A stretch of 63,946 nt of DNA, filler included, from Reticulomyxa filosa (taxonomy: Eukaryota; Protista; Foraminifera), in assembly GCA_000512085.1 (NCBI GenBank). It is 19 parts of 19 records of this genome, joined end to end, with 100 filler letters (N's around TTAATTAATTAA, not from the genome) between each part and the next. Parts side by side here need not be neighbours in the genome. Positions count along the whole stretch, not along the records: positions 35,777 to 37,104 come from ASPP01014420.1; positions 37,205 to 38,275 come from ASPP01035484.1; positions 38,376 to 53,528 come from ASPP01007212.1; 16 more parts are not named here. One strand, 5' to 3'. The position numbers and the translations under genes are program-made. How positions within the stretch are numbered: position 1 is the stretch's first letter; the number at the start of each line of letters is the position of its first letter. Positions 36,422 through 50,783 of this stretch are shown here, one piece after another. The notes under the pieces are model-generated. The model was not told the DNA's origin. It ran no database searches and saw only the letters and a list, made by a program, of their open reading frames with translations.

Positions 36422-38999
36422 AAGGAAATGTTGATCCCTTCTTATTATCGTAAATGTTTGGAAAAAAAAACACTTGTTGTGTGTCAATAATTTTTTTTGT
36501 TTTGTTTATTGTTGTCTATTTTTTTGTCAACTTTTAAAGAAGAATTAAAAATAATGACACAAAATAAATACATATTCAAGATATTTGAAACATTTTTTTC
36601 TTTTTTTTCTTTCGTATGTGTCTTATTGTGACGTTTGTTTTTTATTCTACTACGGTGTTTATACGTTTTTTTTTCTTTTTTTTAATTATATTTGTCGGTT
36701 TATCTTTATTTGTTTTGTGTGCTTGTGCGTTGTTTTATATTGCTTTAATATTTTGTTTTTGTCTTTGAAAAAGGCAACATAATATTATTGCTTTATTCTG
36801 CTATATTTACTCTTCACGCGTTTTTTCTACAATTTAATAATTTGATTTGTTCATTATTATTTTTTTCACCTACACATTTATTTTGATTCAAGTTGATTAT
36901 GATCTTTTTTAAATGTAAGAACGACACTTGCAAGAGTATAGTTTCCATTACAGTAAGCAGTATTAGTTCATTACAAATGTTGCCAACAATAATACCAAAT
37001 AATGACAACAGTTGCAACTATCTATGCAATTACATACACAACACACATTCAAATATATTTACATATATTGGCCAAAATAAAAAATAAATGTATTGTTTTA
37101 AAAANNNNNNNNNNNNNNNNNNNNNNNNNNNNNNNNNNNNNNNNNNNNTTAATTAATTAANNNNNNNNNNNNNNNNNNNNNNNNNNNNNNNNNNNNNNNN
37201 NNNNAACAAAAAAATTTCACTACAATTCAAAAATTCAGAAAATTCTATTTTCTGCTCCACTTTTATTTTTTCTAAAACATATAATCTAAAAATTGATGAA
37301 AAATTAAAATAAAATACACTGGAGTGACTGAAAATGAGTAAATTCAACTTTTTTTTAAGCACGTGACGTGTAAAAAATTGTGCAATTAAGTTGCGAAAAA
37401 CCGTTCTAAAAAAAAATTAAAAAGCGAAAAAAAATTCTTTCATAATCGCTAACACGTAACAAAATCGAAATTAGAGACAACTTATTTTATTGTTCGTTCT
37501 TTACGTGAACAAAATCAATTAAAAACTGTCTCTGGTAAAAAAAAAGCAAATGCTATTAATAATTTATCCAAAGACATATTGATTTAGTTTTTTTTTAAGA
37601 ACGAAGATTCCCTTTGTGTACGTATTTTGAGTATTTAGGAAAGAGAAAACAGATGAAGATATGTATAAGCCAAGCGTATTAAAAAAAAGATATAGTTGAA
37701 AAATGATTTAGAATTTGAGTTATAAGCGATGTAAAAGAAAAAAAGCAAAGAAAGATGTTGTTCAGCATAGAGGCCAGTGTAATTGAGAACATTATGACTG
37801 TGATTATGCCCCTCCATCCACGTGAGCAATTCAGGATGTTCATCAAGATAATTTGCGAACATATTGAAGACTCTGAAAGTGCGATAATGTTTTCCAGCAA
37901 AAAGAAGCTAAACTCAATGATAAGGAACATATTGTAGCGTGTATTTGTTCCAAGTACTCAGGACTTCTGTTATTGAAAAAAAAAGTTTACAAGCTATATA
38001 CATATATGTATGTATATATGTATATAACTTGTAAATTTGTGGAGTGGCCCAATGCATAGCAAGTCGAAGATGTGTTGAATGGACTTCATCCATGACGAAC
38101 CAGATATCAAGCGATGGTGTGAATGAGGAGAAGGCATAGTATGATCTCGAAAGCGATCGGTATCGACTCTATAATAGTACTGAAAGATGCCACACACGGT
38201 GAAGTGTGATTGAGGATTGTTTGTGAACGAATGCGTGTGAAGAGACAGAGGGAAAGGAAAGACCATCAAATCGGCNNNNNNNNNNNNNNNNNNNNNNNNN
38301 NNNNNNNNNNNNNNNNNNNTTAATTAATTAANNNNNNNNNNNNNNNNNNNNNNNNNNNNNNNNNNNNNNNNNNNNCTCAGAGGATTCGATTGAGCATTAT
38401 CATTGCTCATGTAATTCACCCTGGCCTTCCGTATTGAAGAGCCAAATTTGTTTTCATAACCGTTGATTGATCTCGCCGTACAACATTTGAGATTTTATTT
38501 GTTTTTTTTATATTTTAAAGATTAAATTAAAACTTAAAATTTTTTTTACTTGTTGTTGATTTTGTGTGAGTTTTTGATATGTTGTTGATTTTTGAATATC
38601 TTTTTTTTAAAGTGTATAAAATATCATTTTTCATATGATTTTTGTAAAATTTTAAAAGCAGCACTTAAAAAAAATTACAAATCACATGCAAAAAAAATAT
38701 TAAAGGTAAAAACTATAACATGTATATATTTTTTAAAAAAAAGTTATTAAATATATGATTTTCATTAGAAAATCAATAATCTTCATTTTAAATGTTCCGT
38801 TTTTTATATAACTGACAACACTATTATGTGTTAAATGATTCTATTCAAGACGCATAATCCTCTTTCTGCCTACTGGCCACATAATACAATCACTTGTGTT
38901 CGCAAATTAAATTCATTGGTAACTGCTTTGTTTGCTATCGTTCTGGATTATTCCGCAAATATCACACTCGTCGATCTTCCAAATATCTACCACGCCACC

Positions 39000-39460
39000 T
39001 ATTGCGTCAACCTCACGATAGCAGCTGACCCGATGAAAACATTGTCTACTATCACTATAATGAAATCTTCTCGCATACACTTCAGTAATTGCTAGTTTAT
39101 TTCATCCAGTGACACTACCCTTCTTATTGCGTTCACTACAATACTACACAACACCAACATTATATGTATCACTATCTGGTGATATAAGCAAATTGTAAAT
39201 GTTTGCTTTTTCACTAGTGAATTTTGCAAACTGGTCAATCTTCAACATCACCAGCCTCTTCACTCCATGTGGCTCTCCAAAGTCAATTACTTTCTATCCA
39301 ACTTTGCTGACAGACCCTAACATTGTTTATCAAGATTTTATATTGTAATACATAGCTTTATTTAATCTATAATATGCCCTCCATACGATGCAATCTTCCT
39401 ATCAATCATTAGTTTTATCTGTTCACTATCCAAAAATATTATATTGGCCTTTATTACTCT
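39000..39460 (-). pseudogene. Heavily decayed protein kinase remnant
   Basis: In one frame: YYNIKS**TMLG...KVIDFG (39350-39276), matching the HxDIKPxN..DFG spacing. D.YNVGVV follows downstream. Confidence 0.35.
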
Positions 39461-40641
39461 GTTATTACTGTTTCTCAAATATTGTCATCTGTTCACAAAG
39501 ACACAAACAATATATTGTACTGACAATAAATAACTATACAATTCTATTTCACCAGCACCATCACTGGAGATTTCTTATCTCATTATAAGTTAACTAATAA
39601 TCAGCATATATTCACGTCCCACCAAAAGATTGTTCGATCACCATGTTTAATACTATTTAGTTCTAAATTATTCTTCTCATTCTGCCTCACATGAATTCTA
39701 TGTATATATATCCATGCATCAGTACTTGCGAACAAAAAAATACTCTTTTAACGATCTCTCGCTGTCTTGTTAAATGTGAATTTAATGATTTCTAACCATA
39801 ATCTAGTCTTTGTATGAATGTATAATCCACTCAAGCGTACTCGACTCCACATCAACCTGGGCAATGTATCTGCACAACAACCGTTTATTAGTAATTAGTA
39901 TGAACTGTTCAACAACATCAACTATATTACTATTTGATCATTGAATTATCCAATCACAAGTTTCAAACTATATTAGTATTCTCATTCGGCCGAACATTAC
40001 CCTTATCCAAAATAAGCAATGTAAAGTAAAAGTGTATATGCAAACAAATGAACATTGTATATTATGCATGATGCAACTTGATGCTAGCATAAATCATGCA
40101 AATGTTTCTTTGATAAATTGTTTTATTATATACAACATATCTGTCAGAAGCTCTAAATTGATATATCAAAAGGTAGACCTCCAAAAGGGTAATGCGACGT
40201 CATTTGTACTTATTGAAGATGAAATAGATGGCACAAATTCAATAAAAACTTTGTTTTCTTTTTAGTACTTTGTCCCTTTTGTGACGGTTTGCTCTTTAAC
40301 TAAGATTATATCTCATTTCTAACAAAAAAAAGTTATATTTGTTTTGTAAGTTATTGCTTAACAAATACTTAGGCGTTGTATCAATCAAAAACAAAATATG
40401 ATATCTGCTTCGTTTTTTAATTTGCTCTTGCGTATGATTGTGTTGTCAACAACATTTTTTTCTAATCAAAAATAACAGAAATTGATCAATTTTGTTAGAA
40501 AAAGAGACTTTGACCAACCTAATACAACACAAGTCTTTATTGATATGAAAAGAAGGAACAGCAAAAATGTTATGTTACTTACAAAAAACAAAAGGTTCAA
40601 AATCGAGTAAAGTACTTTAAAATAATTTTCCAAATAAGGAA

Positions 40642-43600
40642 ATGTCCGAATTTAAGACTCAACTATTTGAAGAGACGGACGAGAATGAGAACAAAATTGT
40701 GGGGTTTTGGTCAATGACCTGGTTACTGATATGGAAAAACTACGTTTCTCACTGCAAAAGAGCGCAATTTGCATTTATTTTTAAAATTCTGTGTCCAGTG
40801 TTTTTTTTTGTAATCTTGGCACTGTTAAGACTCGCAGTACCAACAGCAAACGTTGCCACACAGTATGGCTTTGAATTTGACAATTACAATGCAGATTTGA
40901 GAATTGATGTTCAATCAGACCTTTGTAGTAGCCACTATGACTTTACCTTTGGTAACGTTACCGCCATAGGAGACCCAATGTATGTTGCGATAGTCCCAAA
41001 CCCAAACACGGACCCAAGCTCGTTGTTAAGCCAACATATTCGCGGATTGCTACACATCATGCAAAAGAATTGGAGAAATTTTTCCGACTTTTCATTTTGT
41101 AACTATTATTCGAGCCTTTGTGAAGCAGAACTGTGTTACTTGAACTTTACCGAAGGTGTGCACGTATATGCTACATTCACATCAACACAGAGAGGATCAA
41201 ACAATGACTGTCTAATTTTTTTTAAAAAAAGGTGAGTTGATAAAGTTCTTTGATTCGAGTGAAGATTTGTATCAATATTTGACAAGCAACTACTATGGTT
41301 ATGGATGGAACTTGAAGAACACTGGAGAAGGTTATCGACCGGTTGGATTGGCGATTGAATTTAAAAGTGTAAGCGATGACGGACAACAATGGTCATATTC
41401 CTTGCGAGTCAACCAAAGCACTCAAATTCCTTCGACGGACTCTGGCAACATTGTCGATTCATTTACAAAAGACCTGACAACCTTGTGGTACGAAGGTGCT
41501 GGAGTTGAGTAAACCCAAAGAAAAAAAGGAATATACAACTTTTTTTGTTTACGTATTATTCGATATGCACAAATACATTACCATTAACGTGTACGTTTCT
41601 CATGAAAAAAAATTTTAAAAAAGGGATACATCAGTTCGCCTTTTTTAAACTGGCAGTATTTCGTGGATACATCGATAGCACAGTATGTAGGAAATGTGAG
41701 TGCACAAAGCTATGACTCGCATTATACGACAAAAATGGCAAAGGGTTATCATGTGTTCCCTATCACGGAGTATGTGACCGACCCGTATTGGCCGAATCTT
41801 GACTTTTTGTTTGTGTTGTTCGTGGTGATCGGATTTGTGTATCCATTTGCACAAGTGACGTCACATTTGATCCAAGAAAAAGCGTTGCAAACGAAAGAAG
41901 GAATGAAAATGATGGGTGCAACAGTGATGACATATTGGGCATCGTGGTATTGTTGGCTTTGGTTTGAGTGGACACTGACAATGGTTCTGTGTTTCGTGGC
42001 AATGTATGTGGGACACGTGTGTAAGTATTCAGATGGATTTTTGATCTTTGCATGGCTGTATTGTTTCGGGATGAGCATTATGGCCTTGGCCACACTCGCA
42101 TCGACATTGTTCGATAACTCGCGAATGGGATTGGTGTTTGCGATATTGGTGCTACTAGTGACCACATTCGCGGGTTATGCACACTCGGCACTTGACACAG
42201 AGAACCAAAAGAACGGATTGTGTTTGTTGTCACCAGCCTGTTTGACGATATCGGTCTCACTATTAACCGAGTTTGAGTCGGGAGCGGTGGGTATCAATTG
42301 GTTGACAGTGAGTGAGGAATACGATAAGTTTCGATTTGGCACATCGATTTGGATGTTTTGCATCGACACCTGTCTGTACATTGTATTGACATTGTATTTG
42401 GATCGCGTATGGCCAAGTCGATATGGACAGCGCTTGCCATGGTACTTTTTGTTCACCAAGCAGTTTTGGTGTGATCTGCGTTCGTCCACGGTACACACCA
42501 CCCAAGACGTCGCGACGTCGTCACTGGAGCGCATAAGCAGTCTGGCCGACAAAAATGGCTATGAAAAAGTCAAGGAAGTCGACGTCACCACTCGTCCAAT
42601 GATCCAAGTTCGCGACTTGTACAAAGTGTTTCAAGATCCTTTGCAAAGATCGCAAGTCAAGGCCGTCAATGGAGTGTCACTCGACATTTACTCGGGCGAA
42701 GTCTTTTGTCTGTTGGGACATAACGGCGCGGGCAAGACCACGTGCATTGGTATGCTCACTGGTCTGCTTACCATCACCGAAGGACATGCTTTCATCTCAG
42801 GCCACAATGTCTCCACTGACATGCCTCGTATTCGTACTACTCTTGGCGTCTGTCCACAAAAGGTGTTTTTTTTGTTATTATTGTTGCGATTTGCACATCT
42901 CCAACATTCATTTTTTTTTTTTTGTTAGGATGTTCTCTGGCCTCGTTTGACGGTATGGGAACACTTGTATCTATTCGCACGACTAAAAGGGGTTCCCAAG
43001 AATAGAGTGCCCGCCGAAATCGACAAGACGTTGAATACATGTGGGCTGGAAGACAAAAAATATTACTTCCCCATGCAGTTGAGTGGTGGCCAAAAGCGTA
43101 AGTTGTCTTTGGGAATTGCCTTTATCGGTGGAAGCCAAGTGGTCTTTTTGGACGAGGTAACATTTTATCCATCTCACATTTTTGATATAACATCGACATA
43201 AACATTGAAGATTACATGTACAAATATACATATATACAAATATACACATACAAATATATGTACACTAAAATAAGCCAACATCAGGGATGGATCCCCAAAG
43301 TCGACGAGTAACGTGGGATTTGATCGCCAAGGAAAAGAGAAACAGATGCATTGTGTTGACCACGCATTTCATGGACGAGGCCGATATATTGGGCGATCGC
43401 ATTGCAATAATGAGCGACGGAGTAGTGAGGTGCTGTGGCTCTTCATTGTTTTTGAAGCAGCTCTATGGTGTCGGATATACGTTTACAGTATCACTGCAAA
43501 TTGGAATGCGTCCCGATGAGATCCAGAATATTGTCGCCAAGCACGTGACGACGGCGTCAGTGATCGCCATCGCCGCAGGCGAAATCACTTTTCGTTTACC

Positions 43601-46600
43601 GTTTGATGAAACACCACACTTTGCCAAGATGTTTGAAGAGCTGGACGCGAAGAAAAGCCAAATCGGAGTCAGTGCTTACGGAGTGTCGGTGACGACTTTG
43701 GAAGAAGTGTTTCTGCGAATCGGTGAAAAGGCCCAGCCTTCTTCGTCCGACTCTGTCGCCCGCACAAGCAAAGCCAACGACAAGAATATCGATTTGACAA
43801 GTCCAATTGATCAGGATGCCACACTTGAAATGACTGGTCTCAAGACGAGTCAAACACAAATGGATGACAATGCAGAGAAAAAAGAGCAAGAAGAGCAAGA
43901 AGAAAAAAAAGAAGAAAAGGAAGAGGAAGAGGAAGAGAACGAAGAAGAAGAACACCAAACGGAGGCGAACCAATCAACAGCCAGCTCGTATATCCTTTCC
44001 AATGACTATGTGTTTAGTCAACCTACGTTCAAATGGAATGAAAATCCCACTTGGAAAGAGGAAATCGATGTCATCACGCAACATTTTCTCGCCATTTTGT
44101 ATAAACGATTGTGGTGGTCCATTCGAGACCAAAGGGCCATTTTGTGTACAATCTTAGTCCCGTGTCTGTTGACCATGTTTGTATTTTGGATTATGCAAGC
44201 AACCGTTTAAGTGGCTTATCTATGTGTTGTCAAACAATTGCTTTATTAATGTATAAAATAAACCTTTTTTTTTTTTCAATAGATACCGGTAAACGCTCCA
44301 GAGCTGCAAATGAGTATATCGGAACAGTATTATTCAACGAGCAATTATAAATGGCCTTATCTCAATCTATCAGCCAAGCCGATTTCCGAAAACACTGTGT
44401 ACAACAATCTGGGCTCGTGGATGCTCCACTACGATGACAACATGAAAAGTGTGTATGGGACTTTGATCCCCTTTGACGTGAATGAAAGTAATCTCGCGAG
44501 TTATTATTCCTCCAGCGCACAAAATCGCACCCTTTTCGATTGGAAAAACGTGCTCTTGGAACACAACACGGATTCGATTCAATACCCACATTACACGGCT
44601 CTTTATTTTCCAGTTTTGTTTTGTTTTTTTTTCTTACCATTGCCAATCAAACAGATGCTCATCTTACGAAACGTTAGAGGGAAAAAAAAAAAATAGCCCG
44701 GATATTCGAATGCAGTAATGCTGGGCCTCAATGCAAGTGCATTGCATGCTCTTCCAATTTCACTGAACATGTGGGACAATTGGGTGTTGCGTGAAATGTA
44801 TCCGAGTGTCGAAAGTTCGATTGCCATTTCCAGTCATCCATTGCCAGTGACGAAATCGGAACTGGCGATTCGGCAATCGGTCACAGGGTTACTCGCAGGT
44901 CTCATACTAACTATTGCGCTGTCGTTCATTCCAGTTGGCATTGTCCACCCTGTTGTTCAAGAGAGACAACTCCAAATCAAACACCAACAGCTCGTCTCTG
45001 GGGTTTCCATTGTCAGCTATTGGATGGGACAATGGGTTGCAGACTTTCTTGCGTCACTGCCCACTATCGCTTTGATTATTATGTTGGTATACGTATTTGA
45101 CGTCTCGTCGTTCAAAGGAGCAGCCTTGGGCCCCTTTTTGTTGACTAATTTACTCTTTGTTTGTTCCGTCTTTCCACTCACGTATCTGTTGTCTTTGTTC
45201 TTCTTGTCGCCCGATCGAGCGCAAACCGCTATCTGTGGTCTCTACTTATCATGTGGTCTCATTCTGGCTTTGGTTGGCTTTTTTTTGGAACTCTTCCTCA
45301 AGCAAAGTGTCTGGCTCAAGTTTTGCATCCATTTCTTGCTAATCCCTTCTCTCAAATACAAATTGTTGTTTTTATGTCAAAAGAATCCGTTTCGTGTTTC
45401 GATTGCTACCAACTTATTGCTTTTCAAGCAATATCATTTACATTGGATTAAAACCGCTTTCAAATGGGTCTTTGAGCTATTGGGACTATTCTTTGTTTGC
45501 GCAGTCGTATATTTTTATGGCCGTTGAAAGCGTTTGTTATATGGGAGTGTTGCTATTGATTGAATACCTTTCCGGATTCCCTTTTTCCATTTACAAACCT
45601 GATATCAATATTGTTTGTTCTTTGTTATTGTGTTCTTCTCCTCAAAAGAAAGACCACCACTTATAATTTTCTTTTAAATAGAGTCAACCAATGCTTCTCG
45701 ATGAAGACGTAAAGAAAGAGCGAGATCGCATTATCAATGCAACAGTGACGAAAGAGGATGGAACAATAGCTCTGAAAGAAGGTGAAACTTCCCAAGACAC
45801 AGTTAATTTGTGCGGAATTCGAAAAGTGTATGGATTGCCTGGCCTCACTCCGCTTATGTGCGCTGTGCAAGACTTGTGGTTTGGCATACCGCAAGGAGAG
45901 GTTTTCGGATTCTTGGGGTTGAGTCATTTTTCTTTCTCCGTTTGAAGAGCAATTGAAAAAAGATTATTTGAAAATAATAATGTCAATAATTGAACAATTC
46001 ATTATTTATTATTATTATTGTTATTATTATTTATTGCTATTTCTTTGTGACAACAAAATAAATAGCGTAAATGGTGCGGGCAAAACAAGTACGCTGAAAG
46101 TGTTAACAGGAGAGACAGTGGCCACTTCTGGCACGGCCTTCATTTACGGCGTGCCTATTACGAACCAGGCCAAATGTCGTCGGATGATTGGCTATTGCCC
46201 TCAGTCCGATGCTTTATTTGAATTATTGACTGGTTATCAAAACTTAAAGTTTTATGGCCGCATCAAGGGCTTGAAAGGAAAGGAGTTAGAGCGCCAAATT
46301 AAAGTGTTATTGGGGGCCCTGTCTTTGACACCATATCGCAATCAAAAAGCTGGTACGTACTCTGGTGGAAACAAGAGAAAACTGTCTACTGCAATTGCTA
46401 TGATTGGAAATCCTCCAATTGTCTTCTTAGGTTGGTTTGTATTTTTCTCTTTCTCTCCTTCCCTCTCTTGGCAATGTGTTCATTCTAACTTTGCAAGAGA
46501 AAAGCGCAAATGTATATCTTACCATTCCATCTAAAAAGTCTTGTCTTCTCAAAATAGATGAACCTTCAACTGGAATGGATCCAATGTCTCGTCGTCATAT

Positions 46601-47305
46601 GTGGAAGTTTTGTTATTCTGTAACAAACAACAATGTAAAAAAGTAAGAGGGGATTATACGTTATATATGCTGTGGAATGGGTTTGTTTAGCTTCATCAGC
46701 AAGACAATGTCTGGAAGGTGCGTAATTTTGACTACCCATTCCATGGAAGAATGTGAAGCCTTGTGCAGACGATTGGGAATAATGGTGAATGGTCAATTGC
46801 AATGCATTGGCACTCCACAACATCTTAAGTCACGGTTTGGTCAAGGCTACCAACTCGATGTCACGTTTGCTGAACGGTCAGAAGATATCCAAGGAGATCA
46901 ACGAGTGGCCCAAATCAACAACTGTTTACAGATATTGGGCCAGTATTTTGCCATTCGATTGGTTGAACAAAAATTAAACAAAGCCACGTTTCAGGTCACT
47001 TTTGTTAATCAAGCTATTCCTGTTTCTTATATGTTTGGTGTCCTAGAACAAGTCAAAGCACAGCTACATTTGAGTAGCTATGCTCTCAATCAAACAACGT
47101 TAGAACAAATATTTATTCAAATGGCTGGATCGTTACGTCTTTATTTTCCTTTCAACATACAGAAAGCAATACAAATAAAAAAATTTGTTTTGAATATGAC
47201 AGTCAACGACCAGATCTTTTCCAATCACAACGGGCTCTGGGAGATATCTTGTGTGGTTGTTGTTGCAGAGAAACTTCTGGACCTGAATTGGGACAACCTA
47301 ATTAA
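40642..47305 (+). CDS. ABCA: Full-length ABCA-subfamily transporter (TMD-NBD-TMD-NBD, multi-exon)
   Basis: N-terminal LLIWKNY; [11 protein letters not shown]; NBD1 GHNGAGKTT / [10 protein letters not shown] / VVFLDEPTSGMDP / [18 protein letters not shown]; TTLEEVFL; [12 protein letters not shown]; NBD2 GVNGAGKTS / [10 protein letters not shown] / [13 protein letters not shown] / [13 protein letters not shown]; TTLEQIF. The last exon ends ...[17 protein letters not shown] at 47305. Confidence 0.95.
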
Positions 47306-47732
47306 ATAAATAATCTAAATTTTTTGCTTAAATATTAAAATTGTGTAATATTTTCTTAACTATTGTTCGTGTAAAGTACTTTCGTTTTGTGATCAAATTA
47401 ATCACGTTACTTTTAATTAACTTTATTGAAAGAAAAAATTGCTCGGTATATTTATTAGACAAAAAGTTCATCATAGAAATAATATTTTCTACAACAAGTT
47501 ATGTGCGTATTTGAAAAAAGCGTGTCATTAATCAAAATTTGTTTTGATTTGTTATTTCTTAATAGCAAACTTTTGATACCTCATTTGCAAAATACACAAA
47601 ACTTGGATAAAAAAGTAAAAAAATTTGTTCCTTTTTAAATGGATTTTGTTTAAGTCAATGGATTGAATCACAAAATACGAAGTTGGTGGAGCGAACAAGA
47701 ACTTTACAATTGAAATTTCCGCAAAACTTTTT

Positions 47733-48771
47733 TTACAATACAACACAACAACTTTTCTTCTCGGTTATTGTTAACTCATTATTGTCATTATGATTTAATG
47801 ATTTACGAATTTCTCTCACACATTGCTCGAATACTGCTTCTAAGTTAATCTTTTCTTTGGCACTGCATTCATAAAATGGGCAATCCCTGCAAAGAGCATA
47901 AAAAAATCTCTTTTTCATCACCTGTACATCAAGCTTTGTATATGAAAATAGTACATATAACATATCTCAACCAACCATTGCTTTGCCATTTGTTGTCCTT
48001 TTTCTGTTGGTACTTCTCTTTGATCAGACAAATCACACTTGTTTCCTGCTAACACTCTATATTCATTCCACACATTATTTTAACAAAAACAAACAATGGG
48101 GATAGTTGTGTTTACAAAAAGTCTGGCGCTGCATACGTAAACCTTGAAAAACTGCTCTTATGCACGCGTTTTAGAAGTGTTTCCCCCTCTTTTCTCCAGT
48201 ATAAAAAAAAAGGTTTATATTGTTGCACTAAAAAAAATCTGTAAGTTTGGAAAGGAAAAAGGGAGCGAAAAATGAATCAATACATTGGAACTGAGTTGGT
48301 CCCTTTTTCGTTTAATATTTCATTACGAAATCCCACAGCATCTTTAACCAAAGACTCTTCAGTTGTTATCGAATACACAATAATGAATCCTTCACCCTCA
48401 CGGAACCATTCACTTTTCATTGTCACAAATTCATCTTGACCCTTGATTGTCGTAGTCATACAAGCAGTTTTTTAGAATATTCACCCTCTTGGCAATCTTA
48501 TATAAAAACTGCTAAACTGCTGTGTCAAGGATATCAAGCAAAGCTGGCTTGCCATCTACTTCTATCTGTTTTTTGTAATTATCTTCGATTGTAGGGTCAT
48601 ATTCTTTCAGGAACTTGTCATTAATCAGTCGTAACGTTAACGCTGATTTACCCACGGCTCCTGCGCCTGTTCAAGCAAACAAGCTGAAATTCAAAAAAGA
48701 GCTAGAAGAACGGATGATATTGCGTACTGACCCAAGACAACAATTCGATAGGTTCCCTTATCTTCGGACAT
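47733..48771 (-). CDS. Ras-family small GTPase (5 exons)
   Basis: G1 GAGAVGKS, effector loop [10 protein letters not shown]3 DTAGQ, G4 NKCD, G5 SAK, and C-terminal CCVVL CaaX box. Introns checked are phase-compatible. Confidence 0.93.
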
Positions 48772-49127
48772 TTCAAGCCTAACAAAGTCTTACTTCGTTT
48801 TTCAAAAACTTTTCTAAACCCTGGCAGTTAGTCTGCGTACTACGAGTTTCTTTAGCAAAATGTTTTTCTTACATAAATTGGCACAGACCTTTGGATTTTA
48901 TAAGATCAAAAATCTTGTTGCAATTTTTACTACAATGAAACGTGGCTCATTTATAAGGTTTTAGTTTTAACGAGTAATTTAGATTGAGTAACAATTATCC
49001 ACTACAAGTTTGCCGAAAAGTCCAACGCAAATACAATTCAACATTTAATAGTTCTTATTCAAGCAGTTTAATTTTTGCCAAAAACTTACAACTTTTGAAG
49101 TAATTTTAAAAGGGATAATTTTTAACA

Positions 49128-49864
49128 TGATGAAACAATACGATTTAGTTCCTGACCTTGAAAGACACAACGAAAAAGTATCGATTATCCACCCCTGGTT
49201 AAACCAGTATTTTTTCTTCAATCGAATAAAGTGTCAGCTCACCAGTTAAGACAAGAACAACCCAACAAAAACTATCTTTTTAAAAAACAAAATTGATGAG
49301 AACTGGACGGTTCGAGAAAAGGTATAACATTATCTTGGACAGTTTGAATGAAAGGGTTTCTATTGTGACAAAGCAACACTACCCGCCGCAAAATGTGGCA
49401 CAAGCCATGGCGTTTGGGCTGGGACTTTCTAGTGCGCTTTGTCGCAGAAACTGTTAATTAGCCAAAACTGATACAGCTTTTAAATTTTTGTTTGAAATTG
49501 CAATTGATTATTTCAAAAACAAGGACATACTTGTTGTTAACAGAAAACTTATTCTCACCGCTTATTACGAACTCCGCGATTGCGTATGTGTTTGAAGCTA
49601 GAAGTAAAGAATAGGCATCAATCATTTCTGTGCTTGCAAAAAGTTACCTTTTTTTTATTCGTTCAGATATGCGCATTTTACATGTGTGCTATATACTTCA
49701 GTGAAAGTTTTGAAAAACAAGATGAAAGAGGCGATGAGCATTTAAGTAGTATAGCAAAGGGTAAGTGCAACTACCGTTACGAAAAGACGTGGAATAGATA
49801 CTTGGCAGATTTGAGGACAAAAGTACAATCAAAAAGTATTGCAAAGACAACTGAGAAATGTTAA
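49128..49864 (+). CDS. Small hypothetical multi-exon gene or remnant
   Basis: Coding-like segments MMKQYDLVPDLERHNEK, KDILVVNRKLILTAYYELRD and ESFEKQDERGDEHLSS...TEKC*. Splicing not fully resolvable. Confidence 0.25.
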
Positions 49865-50783
49865 CGACATAATCAATATCTAACATGCCTGAATCATACT
49901 AAATAACAGAAGACAGCACACAAATGATAAGAGAAATATATATAATGCAAATCTTAGATCATCCTATATTCAGCTCTATACAGATGAAATGTTAATTGCA
50001 ATATCTTTAAGTGGTTTTTACTTTCAAATTCTGTTCAAGCTTTAATTTTGATAGTTTTTGACATCTCTAAATTTTTTTTATTAGCCGTCTATTTTCAAAT
50101 GTCAATCTTGGAGCTTTTACATAAACAAGGAATTGCTGAGCAGTTTAAGAAATTATGGCAAATATTGATTTTTTTTCATCTAATAAATTAGATGATCTCT
50201 AGATTAATACATAGAATCCTCAAGATCATATGTGAATAGACTTAGACCAAATTTATAACTAAGATATTTTTCACTAAATATGGTTATTATGAAGAAGAAT
50301 AAATCCAATAAATAAATAAAGACGTTAAATTTTTCTTTACGAATTATTAGGGTACATGAGAAAAAATATTAATTATTTTCATAGTTTTCTATACTTTTGT
50401 TAAAAACCAATGCATTTTTAGATTCAATAGATGTAAGATATCTTTTTTAAAGTGTTGATTTTTCATGAATAAAATTACAAATGCTTACAGGAATTTATTT
50501 TAGAGGGATCTTTTTTTTTGCAATGAATTTTACATCATTCCATTTTGCTCAAATATCACACACCGAATTAAAGAAATCAATTCATTGTTAATATGAGCAA
50601 ATAACTCTTATAAATTCGCGAAAATATCCGAATGACAAAGAACAGAAAGCATTTCATTAAAAAGTTTCAAACTTTTGTAAAAGTTAACTTAGAAGTGAAT
50701 GTTTGGGCTGCAAGTTGATGATTGTATAATTTCCTTATATTTTTTTTGTTTAGGCCATTGATTATTTACTTGAAATCTTTCTC

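Noticed and set aside
37630-38275. Short broken minus-strand ORFs on contig 15
   Set aside because: No recognisable motif and several stops, so a product cannot be supported.
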